Positions 14,488-29,766 are shown, counted from the first letter of the stretch. The stretch is 64,000 nt of DNA from Chrysomallon squamiferum (GCA_012295275.1 CM022665.1:21142001-21206000), one strand, 5' to 3'. Notes: generated from the letters alone by a model not told the origin. Numbers and translations: made by a program.

Positions 14488-15612
14488 ATATCTCAGACAT
14501 TTAGAAAGACAATATAAATGCCGGATGTTATAATAAATTTATATTCTTTACATTTAAAATATTTTATTTGTAACTTGCTGAAGAAAGGAATTATTTGAAT
14601 GCAATGTGACGCATGGATTTTGTAAATAATAAAAGAAAATGCAGGTTTAATACTTTTTTATTATTTTTATATGTGAATTTTTGCACTGTGTCTGTTCATT
14701 TAAGTGGAAAAAAACGTATTATCGCCGTCTGCAACGGTGTTTAATGAACCGGAACCTTCTGCGTGCAATCTGCGTTCTGATATTGAAGGTGACAACCAAT
14801 CAGCGAGGACCTGACAAACACAATGTGACTCCCATGATGCACGAATGACTGTCCCGTAGCGAATACACATAAAAATGGCAGTTTCGAAATAATGGTTCGC
14901 TTGTCTTCGCATACATATTTCGTTTCGCGTAAAATGGAACCGACAGAAGGATCGCCGTGTCTGCACTAGAAATGATCGCCAGACTCACCTCGAAAATTTT
15001 AAATAAAACAAATAAAAATGTCTACAATGTGTTGCTTGAGCTGCACCAGAACGCGAACCTAACGTCCTCCAGATGGGCTGCGTTAGCAGGACAGTCATGA
15101 TATCCATACCTGTGTAAATGTCTACCATAAAACATCTTTCTTTACAGTCAAAAAAACCGAACGATGTATACGAAAACCGGGCGGAGTGAATTATATTTCA
15201 TTTACTGCAGTCAACGCGTGCATTGTTCACGTGACAAAGATTTTACTGCTGAATTCATGATGTGGACTTCCTCTCGTTATGTATTATGTGAAGAATTATC
15301 TTCCGTTTGTTATTTCCCGTCTCTTTCTTCTTTCTCAGTTAATAGCTTCATTGACAAATAAGTTGCCCATTCCCCGATATTTCTTTCACTTCCTGTCTAT
15401 GATATTTAGTTTGATTAATAGTAGTAGTAGTAGTGGTAGTGGTAGCTGTAGTAGTAATAATAAAAGCAGAAGGAGGAATAATAGTAGGAGGAATAGTTGT
15501 AGTAACAGTAGTAGTACTAGTGGTAATAATAGTAGATGTAATAGCAGTATATACACTAGTAGTAATAGTAGTAATAATAACAGTAGCAGTGGTACTAATA
15601 GCAGTAGTAGTG

Positions 15613-15647
<35 letters not shown>

Positions 15648-17012
15648 CGTAGTAGTAGTAATGTAGTAGAGATAATAATAAAAACATTTTAAAATTATAG
15701 AATATACAATAGGCGATAGTTCACGACATCAATTCAAACAAATGAGAACGACTTAATCTAAAAATGAAATGATTTCTGTAAAAACCAAAAAAAACAACAG
15801 AGAATTGTCTACAGTGCGGAATATGAACTGTCCAGACACCAGTACGGATCCAGAGACACACCGACATGTTCGAACACGTTTTATTTATAGAAATTATATA
15901 TATATATATTTTTTTTTTTCTTGTTGTTGTTTTCGTTTTTTAATTAAGATTAATTTTCTCGACTTCTTAACTTTAAAGTAATTTAGAAATCTTTATTACA
16001 CGAATAAAAATGTAGCGCATTGTTGGAACTTTTGAAACGAAATTTAATTACACACCGAGGATGAAAGAGGCCCACTCCACAGTAATCCTGCTAACAAAAA
16101 GATTTGTATTAAGTGTCACCTCCCGTGATTTCATTATTCTCACTAAACAATGCCAGCGCACGCCACCTTTTCACTAACCAGCTTATAATATATCCATCCA
16201 GTATCGACAGGTGTCCGCAGTACACGAGTCATCTTCTACCCCAGTGTCCGGAGTATTTCATTAAGACATGAAGTATTAAAATACACATCAATAAATCTTT
16301 GTAAGATAGCGAAAAACACAAAGAAGCAACTTTCCTATAGAGAAAATAAAAGTCTTTTTTTTTTTCTCCCACCAATATTTTTTCCAACAGTGCGGAAAGC
16401 TTCTTATTAACATGTTTGACTTTGCGATTCTTTTTGTGTTTCGGCAGTTTTTTCTCTCCTATTATGCTGCTGAATAATAATAACAATAATAATAAAAACT
16501 CTTATAATAATAAAAATCCTAAGAGAACCGAAAGCTCATATGTTTGTGACACTATCTGACTTTGACGCGAGAGAGAATTAAAAGTGTCGAGTACAGAAAT
16601 AACCAAGTTAGACAAACAAATCGTATCAGGAGCGAACCAACACGTCGCCCTGGCCGACTGCAGCAGACGGCGGATCTACGACAAAGAACAGGAACTTAAT
16701 ATTGTTAGTCGTAAAAAAAAAGAAAGAGAAATAAAGCAACTCGCCGAGCGATTTCTGTTTCTTATTTCGTTTCACGGTTGAAATTATCGCGGTTAGGTTA
16801 TCGTTACGTGAATAGAAATTCCTTAAATCAAATTTTCTCTTTCGACTGCGAGCTTCTTTCACTAATCTTATGGCGATTTCTCGATTACGAGTTTTTCAAA
16901 TGCGTGTTTCGCTTCAAACGAACGACTCTTTTATTATGAATTATATGCTCGTATTATAGTGTGATGCGTTTAATAGCACCCATAGAGGGTTTAAAAAGTA
17001 ATTTTCTGCCAC

Positions 17013-17462
17013 TAACTGTAAAATAAAATGGTATACCACAGACTGTAAAGCGCTATATGTATAACTGTAAAATAAAATTATATAAATCTGTAAAAATGGT
17101 ATGTTAATAAGTGTAAAAGAAAAAAATATATTAATAAATGTAAAAGAAAAATGTAACTTAATATGTGTAAAAAAATATATATATTAATAAAAGTAAAATA
17201 AATTAGTATATTAATAAATGAAAAATAATGGTTATATATTATTAAATATAAAAAGATATATTTATAACTAAAATAAAATGATACATTAATAAGTGTAAAA
17301 TAAAACAGTAAATTAATGTTTAAAAGAAAATAATATATTAATAAGAGATAAAAAAAAAATGATATATTAAAAAGGGTAGAAAAAAATATTAATATGTTTA
17401 AAATAAAATGGTATATTAATACATTTAAAATAAAATGATATATTAATAACTGTAAATAAATG
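17013..17462. repeat. Degenerate ~30-bp AT-rich minisatellite (taactgtaaaataaaatggtatattaa-like)
   Basis: Recurrent gtaaaataaaatg / atattaataa elements at roughly regular spacing. Confidence 0.65.
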
Positions 17463-18330
17463 TAACGATTTTTAAACGTTAAATAATAGTTTATTTGTCT
17501 TTTTTAAAATGAAAACTTTTTCTTTTTCAAAAGTTACTTTTAACATATACCGATCACTGTAGACTTTTATATCATTACTGGACTTATATTTATCGTTGAT
17601 TTCTTTTTGATACTAATAAAAAGATGTCATTTTGAATAAAAAGAACTCGGTACTCGAGATTTTTTCTTAGCTGTATGTTTAATTGAAAAATATCAGCTTT
17701 GAGATAAATACAGGCAGGACATTTTAAAATGTAGGTAAACTTTAGTAGCCTTGAAATATCATTTTACAAACTAGCAGGCAGCTGAGGGTGTTTAATTGGT
17801 TATTGTGTTAAAAACAATATTTAAAAAAAAAAAAAAAAAAAATGTCATTGTTCACAATAGACAAAAGACTTTTCTCTTTACAAAAGATATATAAAGACAA
17901 AAAATTAATTTAAAAACTAAAAAAAAAAAAAAAAAAAAAACAACAACAACAAATAAAAAATAAATTAATTAATTAAAAATAAAAATAAATAAAGAGGAAA
18001 ATATTCGTAAATATTCGTAATGACTTTTTTCCCTATCTCTCTGTGACAGAGTATTTCCTTAATTATATAACGTATAAGGATGGAAAGAGTGAACGAGAGA
18101 GAGAATACAGAAATACAAAAAAAAAAAAGAAGAAAAAAGATGAAGCAAATAAAGAAAGAAATAATGTAAAAAATGAAATTGAGAGATACAGATAGACAGA
18201 CCGAGAGTGATAGAGAGAGAAAGAATAGAAAGAGATTGAGATAAATAATAGAAACAGTAACAGACAGAAAGATAGCCACACACACCTAATAATAGACATA
18301 TTGATAGATAAATATACATAAAGAGAAATA

Positions 18331-18383
<53 letters not shown>

Positions 18384-19111
18384 TATTATTCACAATTATA
18401 TTACATGGTCTTAAGATATGTGACCCTCCCCTTACAAACTGTTTAGATCCGCTCTACGGCTTGTCACATTTCGGAAATGATTATGCTCGTTTATGTTTGC
18501 TTTGACTGAAGAGTTTTGTCGCTATATGAAAATATCTTCTTCTTTGCGCATTAAACGTAATCTATAGCTATCTACAAGTAGATCAAAGAATAATCCGCCA
18601 AACACAGCTGAAGGACAAACAATATTATCAAAAACCTCTTCTTATCGGAATAACAGACGAGCCAGATCACCCAGTACGTTCCTAACACGATCCCGGTTAT
18701 GACGTCATAACTTTTTTTTTTTTTTTTTTTTAATCATCATCTATACCCCGCGACAATAATAAATTATGTTACTCTTCAATATTTGGAGTTGCGTTTTTTC
18801 CCCACCTTTCTTTAACGCTGTTGCCGCGCGGTTTCAGTGTAAATAAAGTTTTATTTTGTTCTGTCTGCCTTTTCATTTTGTAACTGGCTACAATTGCCGT
18901 GACCTTAGAGCCACTACGTGACCTCGGTGTTTATTCAGAAAGCTTTCCTCTGTCCTTTTTTGTTACTTGTGATTCACGAAGAATCTCGTCCTGCGCTCTC
19001 AGGCGGGAACGTTGTACTATTTTCTTGACATCACTGAGCTTTCTTTGTGTCAACTGTGGCTAGATTTGTTTGTCGATCGTGGCTCCCTGCCTGCCTGTTC
19101 TTAGACTTTGT

Positions 19112-19124
19112 GTTTTGTTGTTGT

Positions 19125-19156
<32 letters not shown>

Positions 19157-19667
19157 GTAGTATTGCTACTACTACTACTACTGTTACAGCTACTACTGTT
19201 GTTGTTAACTGTTGTTGTTTATTGTTATTGTTATTACTATTGCTGCTGCTTCTACTACTACTGGTACTACTACTACAACTACTGTCATTACTACTATTAC
19301 ATCATATGGTAATTGTTGTTGTTATCATCATAATTACCACTACTACTGTTGTTGTTCTTTATTGTTTATTATTAGTAGTAGTAGTAGCAGTAACAGTAAT
19401 ATTAATAGTATTAAAAGTAGTAATAGTAATAATAGCAGTAGTAGTGGCAGCAGTAGTTGTAGCAGTAGATGTTTTTTTTTTGTTTTTTTTAATTCAGTAG
19501 AATGATAGATTTGGTATTCTCTGTAAAATGTTTAAAAGGATATAGCAAGTGTTTATCTATTTCAGCACAATTACTGTTTTGGCAAATAAGGAATTATTTA
19601 TATAAACAACCATAAAACCAAAACAACACAAACAACAGAAACAAAAGCACAAATAATAATAATAATA

Positions 19668-19716
<49 letters not shown>

Positions 19717-19798
19717 TAGTAGTAGTAGTAATATTACTATCAATATTATCATTATTATTACTATAATGATGATGATGATGATGATTATCATAATAATA

Positions 19799-19829
<31 letters not shown>

Positions 19830-19872
19830 TCACAACAACAACGATAATAGTAGTAGTAGTAACAATAATAAC

Positions 19873-19916
<44 letters not shown>

Positions 19917-19930
19917 GAAGAAGAAGAAGA
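19112..19930. repeat. Mosaic trinucleotide low-complexity region (TAC/TGT/AGT/AAT/GAT)
   Basis: Interleaved triplet runs; source of the poly-L/T/I ORFs in the track. Confidence 0.9.
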
Positions 19931-20579
19931 AAAACACTGTATTTTATTTTTTATTTTTTGAGATGGACATTTAATACAAGTGTGAGGGTGGATATTTAAT
20001 AAAGGTAACTAGATGCACTGGTACTCTATTATTATCCGGCTATCAAAGTGTCGGGGTATTGTACTAAATTAGTTTGCACGGGTCCCTGAACTTGACCGCT
20101 TATTAAAGGATAAGCAAAGTATTTTGTCTAAAGCAGATAATTGAAAACCTAGCTTCAAGTATTTTCACAGCGCTAACCAGATACTTCTATAATCGTTACC
20201 TTTATCCAGCTAGTGAAAATCCACAGAAAAAAAAAATCAAATACTTTGGATGTAGCAAGTTAACAAGAAATACTTTAAATGAAGGTCGAAAATCTAAATG
20301 CATAACACATTGTATATCTGTTTATATTTATTTGTTTGTCTGTCTATCTGTGTATGTATGTATATATTTATGTATGTATGTATGTATGTATGTATGTATC
20401 TATCTATCTAGGTATCTCTCTCTCTGTCTGCCTGACTGTCTCTCTATCTATATGAAAAGCAGTGAAAAAGCGATGTAAAAAGTTATGACAATCTTGCAAG
20501 TAAGAGGAGGCATAACACTATTAAAAATCCAGTAGAGTGTTATTTAGGTTTACTGGTGTGAATCAGGCTAGGCACATCT

Positions 20580-20820
20580 AGCACTCTGCAGGATGGGGAT
20601 GTATAAAACTTAACAAAATGTAATACTTTAAGGCTGGTGATATAAAAACGTAGAGCAAATATAATACTTTGTAAGCTGAGCAAGTATAAAAACTGCAAAA
20701 ACACAGCTGAAGGACAAACAATATTATCAAACAGAAAAATAACATAATAATAAAAGATATAATACTTTAGTAGCTGGGGATGTGTAAGGCTTGAGAAAAT
20801 CTGATACCCTGCAAGCTGAA
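20580..20820. repeat. Degenerate ~43-bp tandem repeat (aatacttt..gctggggatgtataaaact-like)
   Basis: taatacttt recurs near 20621, 20662 and 20760, each followed by gctg; similar units flank them. Confidence 0.55.
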
Positions 20821-21119
20821 GTGTGAGGGTAGTTACACTATTTTGCTATAATGTACAGAGCCAGCGACATACTTAATAAAAGTGGAATGTGAATAAAAAA
20901 AAAAAAAAAAAAAAAAAAAAATCGTTTTAAAATTAGATACTTTGATGGGTGTGTACTTTTTAATACACGGTATCATTTACTTGGCTATCTGGTAGAAAAC
21001 GGTTGATAAACTACAGCTGATATTGTTAATAATGAAATCTATATCTTGTAGCTGAATTGTGAAACTTTATACGTACCAGATTTAAACTTTAGAGTCCTGG
21101 TCTGCTTGGCTAGTCATTC

Positions 21120-21156
<37 letters not shown>

Positions 21157-21961
21157 AGAAATTAAATAAAGAATGAAGATTTATGAAAGAAAAGTAAAAT
21201 GAATGGAGGTATAAAGCGAACAGGCTGAAAAGATAATTCATATAAAAAAACAACAAAAAAACAACTTCTCGGTAATTTCTCGTAGTCTGAACTGCTATGT
21301 CGTTTTGTTTACCAATAATAATTCATGAAGAGATTTTTTTTAGGGTAATTTAATAAACGAGTTATAAAAAGGTAAATCACTAATAGCGTGCAATTTGTTG
21401 CACAGCAGAAGTGAAAAACGAGATTCACACGTTTTGCAAGGTTTGTGTCATCTCTTAAAGTAACGACCACTCTCGTAATTCGGTACAAAGAACTGTATCA
21501 GCAGTTGGTCTTTAGAAACAGGTTTCATTTTGTATTTAAATAAACATGTAATAGTGTATTCTATACGGAAAATATTATCATCTTCTGTTGAAAGAATAAT
21601 TATAATTATAATAATGAATGATGATAATCAGTTTCTTGTATTCTCTTTATTGTGTTTGAAAAATGTAAAAGCTTTCAAAAATAAACATACAAATATGAAT
21701 GAATGAATGAATTAATTAAAATGAAACAAATCCGTGTATAATATTATTAATATCATCATCAGCATCATAATTATTTATTTATTTATATTTTTATTTTATT
21801 TTACTTTAGCGTTATTATTATTAATATTATTATTTTTAATTATTTTTTTTAGGACTGATTGCTGAAGAAGTAGACACGCACAAACCCCTCCACACATGCA
21901 CACACACACATACACATGCACTCACACATACACACACATACACACGCACTCACACAAACAC

Positions 21962-22002
<41 letters not shown>

Positions 22003-22328
22003 GCACTCAACAAAATGTGCCATTTATTCATTATTACTGTCTGTTAATGTCACTATAAACGGAAGGTTAATTTAAACGTACGCATTTATTTATCGATCTT
22101 CTTGTCCCGTCTTTATTTTTTTATTTTCTGTTTTATCTAGGAGTAGTTTTGATAAAAACCGGATAACACACACGTGTACGACTGACACAATAACTCCTAC
22201 AACAACGGCCACCCAGTGTATCAATTCCCCATTATCTGTTCTAAGTTTCAATACACCTCGGTGTACTCTAACCGATTCGATACCGCCACAGCGACTTAAC
22301 CAGTATCAGTCCACTGCGTGCGTTCCGT

Positions 22329-22342
22329 GCGCCCTCTAGCGG
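22329..22342 (-). promoter_or_regulatory. CTCF-like binding motif
   Basis: Minus strand CCGCTAGAGGGCGC matches the CC(A/G)SYAGRKGGCRS core at every position, inside a CpG-rich island. Confidence 0.55.
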
Positions 22343-24561
22343 CTACCTGTGTGTACGTCTGCTTGTCGAGTCAGACGAGTTTTCGAGTCTGTTGAAAGGA
22401 CTGTCATGTTTGTGTTTCATACGATCATCGTTGGATGTTGTAGGACTTTGGGTTTTTTCTGTCGAGAATGAGATAAGGTAAGATTATTTCTCGTTATGTT
22501 TTAATGCAGTTCTGTTGTTTGTAGAAAACGTTCGAGCTGTGGTGTTTTCGTATAATATTTGTTATTGATAGCTGTGACTGTGGTTTGCCCTTCTTCGTGA
22601 TTATCAGTGAGATTGTAACAGCTTCGAGAAAAAAAAAAAAAAAATTAAAGAAACCTTTTAGATCATACTTCGTTCATGTTTTGACAATTAAACTGTTTTC
22701 GTACTCTTGTAGAAACGGTTAAGACGGTACATTGTTGATATTCCCAAAAATAAAATGATAATCTTATTTTCGGAATCAGTTACCTTCATTTCAGTTAAAC
22801 ATTAATTTCTTTGCGCGTTTAAATATTATTAAATTTACTTAATAAACCTGTTGCATCTTTTTAATCATTAAAAACCATTACGGCAATATTAAAACAGCAA
22901 ATAAATTGTTAACATGTGGAGTATACTGCTAAAATAAATACAAATTTAAAAACAATTATAGACAACCATATACACTTTTATTATATAGTAATTATTATTG
23001 CCACTACCAATATTACTGCTGCAGCTGCAGCCACCACCACTAATATTACAACAACAACAACAATTGCTACTACTACTACTACTAATAATAATAATAACAA
23101 TAATAATATTTCATTAATGTTATTAGTAGTAGCAGTAATAGATTATCATCATAATCGTCGCCGTCATTATTATTATTATTATTATCATTATTAGCATCAG
23201 AAGTGGTAGTAATAATAATAGTATATATTTTTTGAAGTCACTATTTAATTACATATTTTAATAATTTTACCAAATTTTAATTAAAGATAATAATTATTAT
23301 TATTTATTTTTAAAACACTTAAACCATTTACAAAATATTTATTGAAATATTGTTTTCAAAAGAATTAATAAAATATTATTAACACTGACACAGCTCTCTG
23401 AACAAAATGAAATACAAGTTATTTTAAAACATTCTTTAACCTAACAAGGTTACTATTTAACCCGATATTTTTAAAACAACGGCTAAATTGAAATGGTGAT
23501 AAAAAAAAAAAAAAAAAACATTTAAAAAAAAAAGGGAATGCAGACTAACTTGGTTTGTTAGGGGTATATAACATTTTTCTCAGTGATCATTTCTCTATCA
23601 ATCATTCATGCCTGACAGAGGCTCTTCTGTCTTATATGACGTCTTGACTCATCTTCAACGTCTCGGCGTTGTGATAGACGATGCTATCGGGTAACACAGA
23701 GGTTTTGGTGTAAGGTAATAAACATTTTTATGGTTCTTCTTAAAAGGATGTAAAATTTTTACCGACCGAAAAATTTCGTTGCAGGTAAATTAATTTTATA
23801 TAAACTGTTCATATTTCATCTGTGTCATTAGAATAAATAAATTAAATAAATTAAAATAAAATAAAATAAACAAACAAAGGAAATAAATAAATTAAAATAG
23901 ATAGATAGATCGATAGATAAATAAAATAAATAATAACAAAAAAATAATAATAATAATAATAATTAAAGAAAAAAAATAATAAAATGAAATAAAATAAAAC
24001 ACAAATATTAAACAATTTCATAATTTAAATTTAAATAACTTAGTTTCTCTTTTACAAGTCGATAAACTATAAAATGTTTTACAATTGAAGTTCACATTTT
24101 ATCACTCTTAATGTAATAAAACAGAATAATTACGTGGTTTTTGGGGGAATTTTTTTTCTCTCTTCTGTTTCCTTATGGTTTTCAGTGAACACTTAAAATG
24201 CTATTTATTCTCTTCTTTTTATTATTCTAATTAATTTTTAAAAAGGAAGAGGTATTAATGTCTTTTTATCAGTTGCGTTCATCTGAGAAGATGACATTTA
24301 TTTTATAATAAACATTTCTAAAATCTGTTTTTTGTGATGTAATATTTTCATTTATTTCAAAATAGATGTGTAAACCGAACTTACATGTTAAGGCACAAAC
24401 ACAAACACACATTTGTGTACATTAATTGACTGACAGACAGTCAGACAGACAGATATACTATATACGTGTAATTATAGGCATATATATTCATTCATACGCA
24501 CACAGACATAATGTAAATATAATTGCGAGTTGATTTATTTACTATGTTTTTATAATTATGA

Positions 24562-24606
<45 letters not shown>

Positions 24607-24700
24607 GATAATGATAATGACAATAATAATGATAATAATAAATAAATAAATAAACAATACTGATGATGATGATGACATTTTATTTTTATATTACTTACTC

Positions 24701-24736
<36 letters not shown>

Positions 24737-24987
24737 AATTTTCATATAATTTTATTTTATTTCATTTCCTAAATATACCGTATGATTTTATTAAATTATT
24801 TCGTTTTATTTCATTTCATCTTTTAAACGTTCAGTTATATTTATTTTATATTTTCTACTTAGTTTTAATTTTGCCTTGATGGGTTTTGTCAGGTGTACCA
24901 AAAATAAATGTTATTTCATGAAAGTGATTAGTTTAGTTTAGTTAAACAAAATTTTATATTTATATTCGTTACAACAGACAGTAACAG

Positions 24988-25100
<113 letters not shown>

Positions 25101-25738
25101 AATAAATAACATACCGTTATACAGAGTAATATTACAGATTATAAAAATGATGACGCCACAGATGATACGAGAAAGAGGCTAAGTTTACAAAGTCTGTGTT
25201 TAGTGTAAACACAAATCTTGTTATCTCAGTCAGTGATGAACAAACACAGAAGGAAATCTGTTGACATGGAAACACAGATTTGTAGTTTCAGTGAATCACG
25301 TCACACGAATTGTTTGTTTTCTGTTTTATTCCGTCATCATTCGAAATTAAAATAATTAAGTAGAAAACAAAAGTTGATAATTTATTTTACAAATAATTTT
25401 AAGTTCCTGTTTCTTTTTTTTTCTTCTTTTCTGTCTTTCTTTTTTTGTATGTTCATTGTTAGAAATATTTATTACTAATGTAATAATTATATTAGTTTCA
25501 ATATATAATTTGTGGCTTTTCCTTTTATTAATTTTTTGTTTGTTTGTTTACTTTCTTTATTTTAATGTAATTTTGTAAATGGTGATGTTGATGACAATGA
25601 TGATGATGATAATGATAGTAATTATAATAGTCTTGGTATAATAGTAATAACTGTAGGAAATAAATAAATAAATAAATCTATTTACTAGATTAATAATTTA
25701 AATAAATGTTTTAACCCTTTACTTCATTTAATTTTGAC

Positions 25739-25804
<66 letters not shown>

Positions 25805-26605
25805 CCTACACTACTAGTAAAATGAGCTTTGTAAACAAATGTTGTAAATCTTTTCAAACATGTATTGTCTTATAAGAGTACATTTGTATTCCCACGAAGT
25901 TCTTAATAAGCTAAATAAAACAGTTGTGTCTGCTATTAAAATAACCAGTACAGCTTGGTATGTATGTAGGCTTATGTGTATATCAACAGTATAAATTTAG
26001 GCATCTGATTTAAATATGGCAGTGTATAGATAGACAGACAGAGATAAATCAACACTTAATGATATTTGCATACGTTACTTTACATTTCGTGAAAGGAGAT
26101 ATTTTGTTAAAACAATGAATTTTAATATATTTTTTTAAAGATGTCACGTGGTGTGTAAGAAAGGGGAGTGAACTTAGGCACTCTTGACTCAAGTTTCAGT
26201 TTTTCACTTTGATCTTGCATAACGTTAGTGTGTGTTACATCCGTCTTGTCTTATAGTTTAATCCAAGCCTCAGCCTGAGTTGTCTCCCTTTGATCTAGGG
26301 GTCTCATACCTGATTTATTAATTCCATATCTCGCTCGTTTTTATTATTTATTTGTGAAATATGTCTACTAAACTATTTTTCATGTCAGACACTTTCAATT
26401 AGAATTAGATATTCTTAGCGTTAACAAAAGAAAAGTAAAGAAAAAAAAAGGCTAGAAGAATAAAAAGAAAGAGAGAGAGAGAGAAAGAAGAAGTGAAAAT
26501 AAAAAATTAGAAAAAGAAAAGAATAAATCTTATGTTTAAAAAAGATAGTAAAAAGATTATACTTTAGGTGAAATTCTGGTCTCAGTGTGTGTGTTTGTGT
26601 GTGTG

Positions 26606-26679
<74 letters not shown>

Positions 26680-27017
26680 TACATAAATAAATAAACACAA
26701 ATACACACAAACTCACTCAAATCTATCCATCTCCAATTCTCTCTCTATTTCGCTGCCTTGATAAAAAAAAGATACTTGTTTATTTATATAAATATCAGCA
26801 GAACTGATCTAATATTTGCTCTGTTCTTCATCACTTTTCAAAGATCACCTTTTCAAAGACAGTCGTCACTATTTTTATATAAACAAACAAAGACTTAAGA
26901 AGTAAACCTCTTAACGCCGACTTGTTCTGTTTGTCGTTCAAACACTCCAATCAAATCTATATTTGACGAATCACGTTGCCTTCAACATTCTCGCCGACAT
27001 CAAAGACCACGGACACC

Positions 27018-27127
27018 TGCACTGGTCATCGTGAACACCAACAGTCCACTGGTCATCGTGGAATCAAACCGTCCACTAGACATCGTGAACATAAACTGTC
27101 CGCTGGTCATCCTGATGATATAAGCCG
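27018..27127. repeat. 27-bp GC-balanced tandem repeat (tccactggtcatcgtgaa...) x 4
   Basis: Units start at 27018, 27045, 27072 and 27099 with a conserved cactggtcatcgtg core. Confidence 0.8.
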
Positions 27128-27654
27128 ACCAGTGGCGAGTCCGCACACTCGGTCAAAGGCGCCTTTGCCATGGTTTATTGGTGTCGTTAAGAAGTGTGGT
27201 TTATTATTAGACGATAAAACACCCTGGCTTTGTAGTTCCGTTTGTGTTCACGTTTGTTCAAGCGCCGGAGAGACGTGATTAATAACCCTACTGACCCTCT
27301 TCGTGTCGGATAGAAAAATGTGGCCATAAAATACGTCTCTGACAGTTAGAGACTCGCACCATTCACAAAAATTACAGACACGTATACATCCAAACGACCT
27401 ATCAAAAACTGAAGCATTAATTAAGCACTCTGTTATACATTACACTCGTATATGTTTCTTTAGTGAAGTTCTTGTTGTCATGACTTCTGTTTGTTTAAAT
27501 CTGCTATTATAATTTAGGTTTTCTCGATTTTGTTATTACAGCGACAAAAGTAACTGTTACTGTTTTCATTATGATTATCTCATTGCATTATTTATTTACT
27601 GTTTCTATTTTACTGGCATAGACACATACATTAATACATACAAAACACACACAT

Positions 27655-27686
<32 letters not shown>

Positions 27687-27693
27687 CAGACGA

Positions 27694-27698
<5 letters not shown>

Positions 27699-27788
<90 letters not shown>
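27699..27788. repeat. (GA)n microsatellite
   Basis: Directly visible. Confidence 0.95.
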
Positions 27789-27791
<3 letters not shown>

Positions 27792-28387
27792 AAATTATTA
27801 TCACAGAAAGTCGCACTGTGTCAAACTCAACTTTGCTCGTATTAAAGTTCTCTGACAACACATTTTTCACACGTCAGCTTTCGCCGTGGAATCTAACCGT
27901 CTCCCAGGATTATAAGCAGAAACAATCGGACGGTGCGTAAAACTCGAGCCATTTGAAATTTCTTTCTCTTTAGAATGACCATTGTCAGCTGGCGGTATTC
28001 GGACTAGAAGACCTTTTGGCCATTCTCCTAGCCACGGGTGGTCAGCGGTCATCTTGATTCAAAACCATCGATTCACTGAATAGTCCGGCAATTTCTCTCC
28101 ACTTATCCGCTTATCCATTGTTCTGAATTTTCAATCCAATATGAATTCCTTCCTTGTGAGGTTTTTTTTTTCTCCTTCTTCTTCTTCGTCATTATTGTTT
28201 TCTTTTTAAAAGACAAACACGGTGTATTGGCTACGGATTATTTCAATATCTTTTTATAAAATATTCTTACACAAAAATAAGACATGTCATTTCTTTGTAT
28301 CTGCACACTCACCGACACGCACACACGCACAAATCTCTCGGGAAATATATTATTTATAACTTGTGTTAGTCATATCGGATTAAGTAG

Positions 28388-28426
<39 letters not shown>

Positions 28427-28581
28427 AACTGAGACTGTGGGAATTTCTCCTCTGATTTTAGAAACGCATTCTTCTTGTCACCTTTTTCACATAACTGATC
28501 CACAAAACAAATTGTCACAAACTATCATCTTCACTGGCGTTAGGGGATCTCAGATTTGATATATATGTACGTATGCGTATG

Positions 28582-28616
<35 letters not shown>

Positions 28617-29766
28617 ACCTCTATGGCAACATGAACTGAATACTTGTTAAATACAAAATAACGGGTACAGCGTTACAGAAAAGGTTTCTTGGAGTTTTTA
28701 TTACTTTTATTTATTTATTTTTCTTAATTCAGACATATAGAAAACATTTATTATTGAAGGTTATTATCTTTTTTTTTTTTTTGTGTTGTTTTTTCAAAGA
28801 CATAAAAGTACATCCCATCGTTTATGATAACCTGTTTGGAACGGGACAAAAATGACAGGTTATTTATTATTTATAATCGTTAGGGTTTCTCAACTGAATA
28901 AAAAGAAGAAAGATACTGAGAGAAAATAAGTAAATCAGTAAATCAATAAATAAAATAAAATAAAATAAAATATCTGTTTAGTATTTAACTTAAACTAAAA
29001 CGTAATTTGTAACTATGTCGCCCTTCTTTAATAATTTTTTTATTTCTGTTTGATGTTCATCAACTACTGTTGTTTTTCTCCCTTCAAATTTTTAATTTTT
29101 TCTAATTATTGTTGTTGTTGTTGTTGTTACTATTTATTTATTTATTTATTTTAAATGATGTTTCACGTTATCCACAATGTATACCGCATACCGCATCACC
29201 CATATCTCGACCGAGTGACATCAGTGAATTGCCACTCTCTTTTATTTAAAAGTATTTTCCTTATTATTATTATTGTTATTACTGTTATTGTTATTGTTGT
29301 TATTATTATTACTATTTCTATTACTGTTATTATTATTCCTGTTACTGTTATTATTATCATTACTACTACTACTACTTCTATTATTATTAATATTATTATT
29401 ATATTTATTTTTGTATTTTTTGTATATTTTTTTCCCATACTGTAATTTTTTCAAATTACCCTACGAAGTACCATTCAATATGGATTTCATCTCTAAACTA
29501 CTGTTTCTATAATTTATAGCCATGGCAACGGTATGAAATGTATCATTACTAAAGCATTCATGATAACTTTTTTCATTAGCGTTTTTGTCGATATTGAACC
29601 ATGATTATATTATTCACATGGCTGTAGCAGAATTTGATACATTTACAGGGAAACTGAACTCTTTAGGATAATATAATAATATATTCTTCACATATTTGTA
29701 TGTTGTATAAAAATGACATCTCTATATCTGTGTATCTGTGAAGCTGCATCTTTGTGTGTCTTGGAT

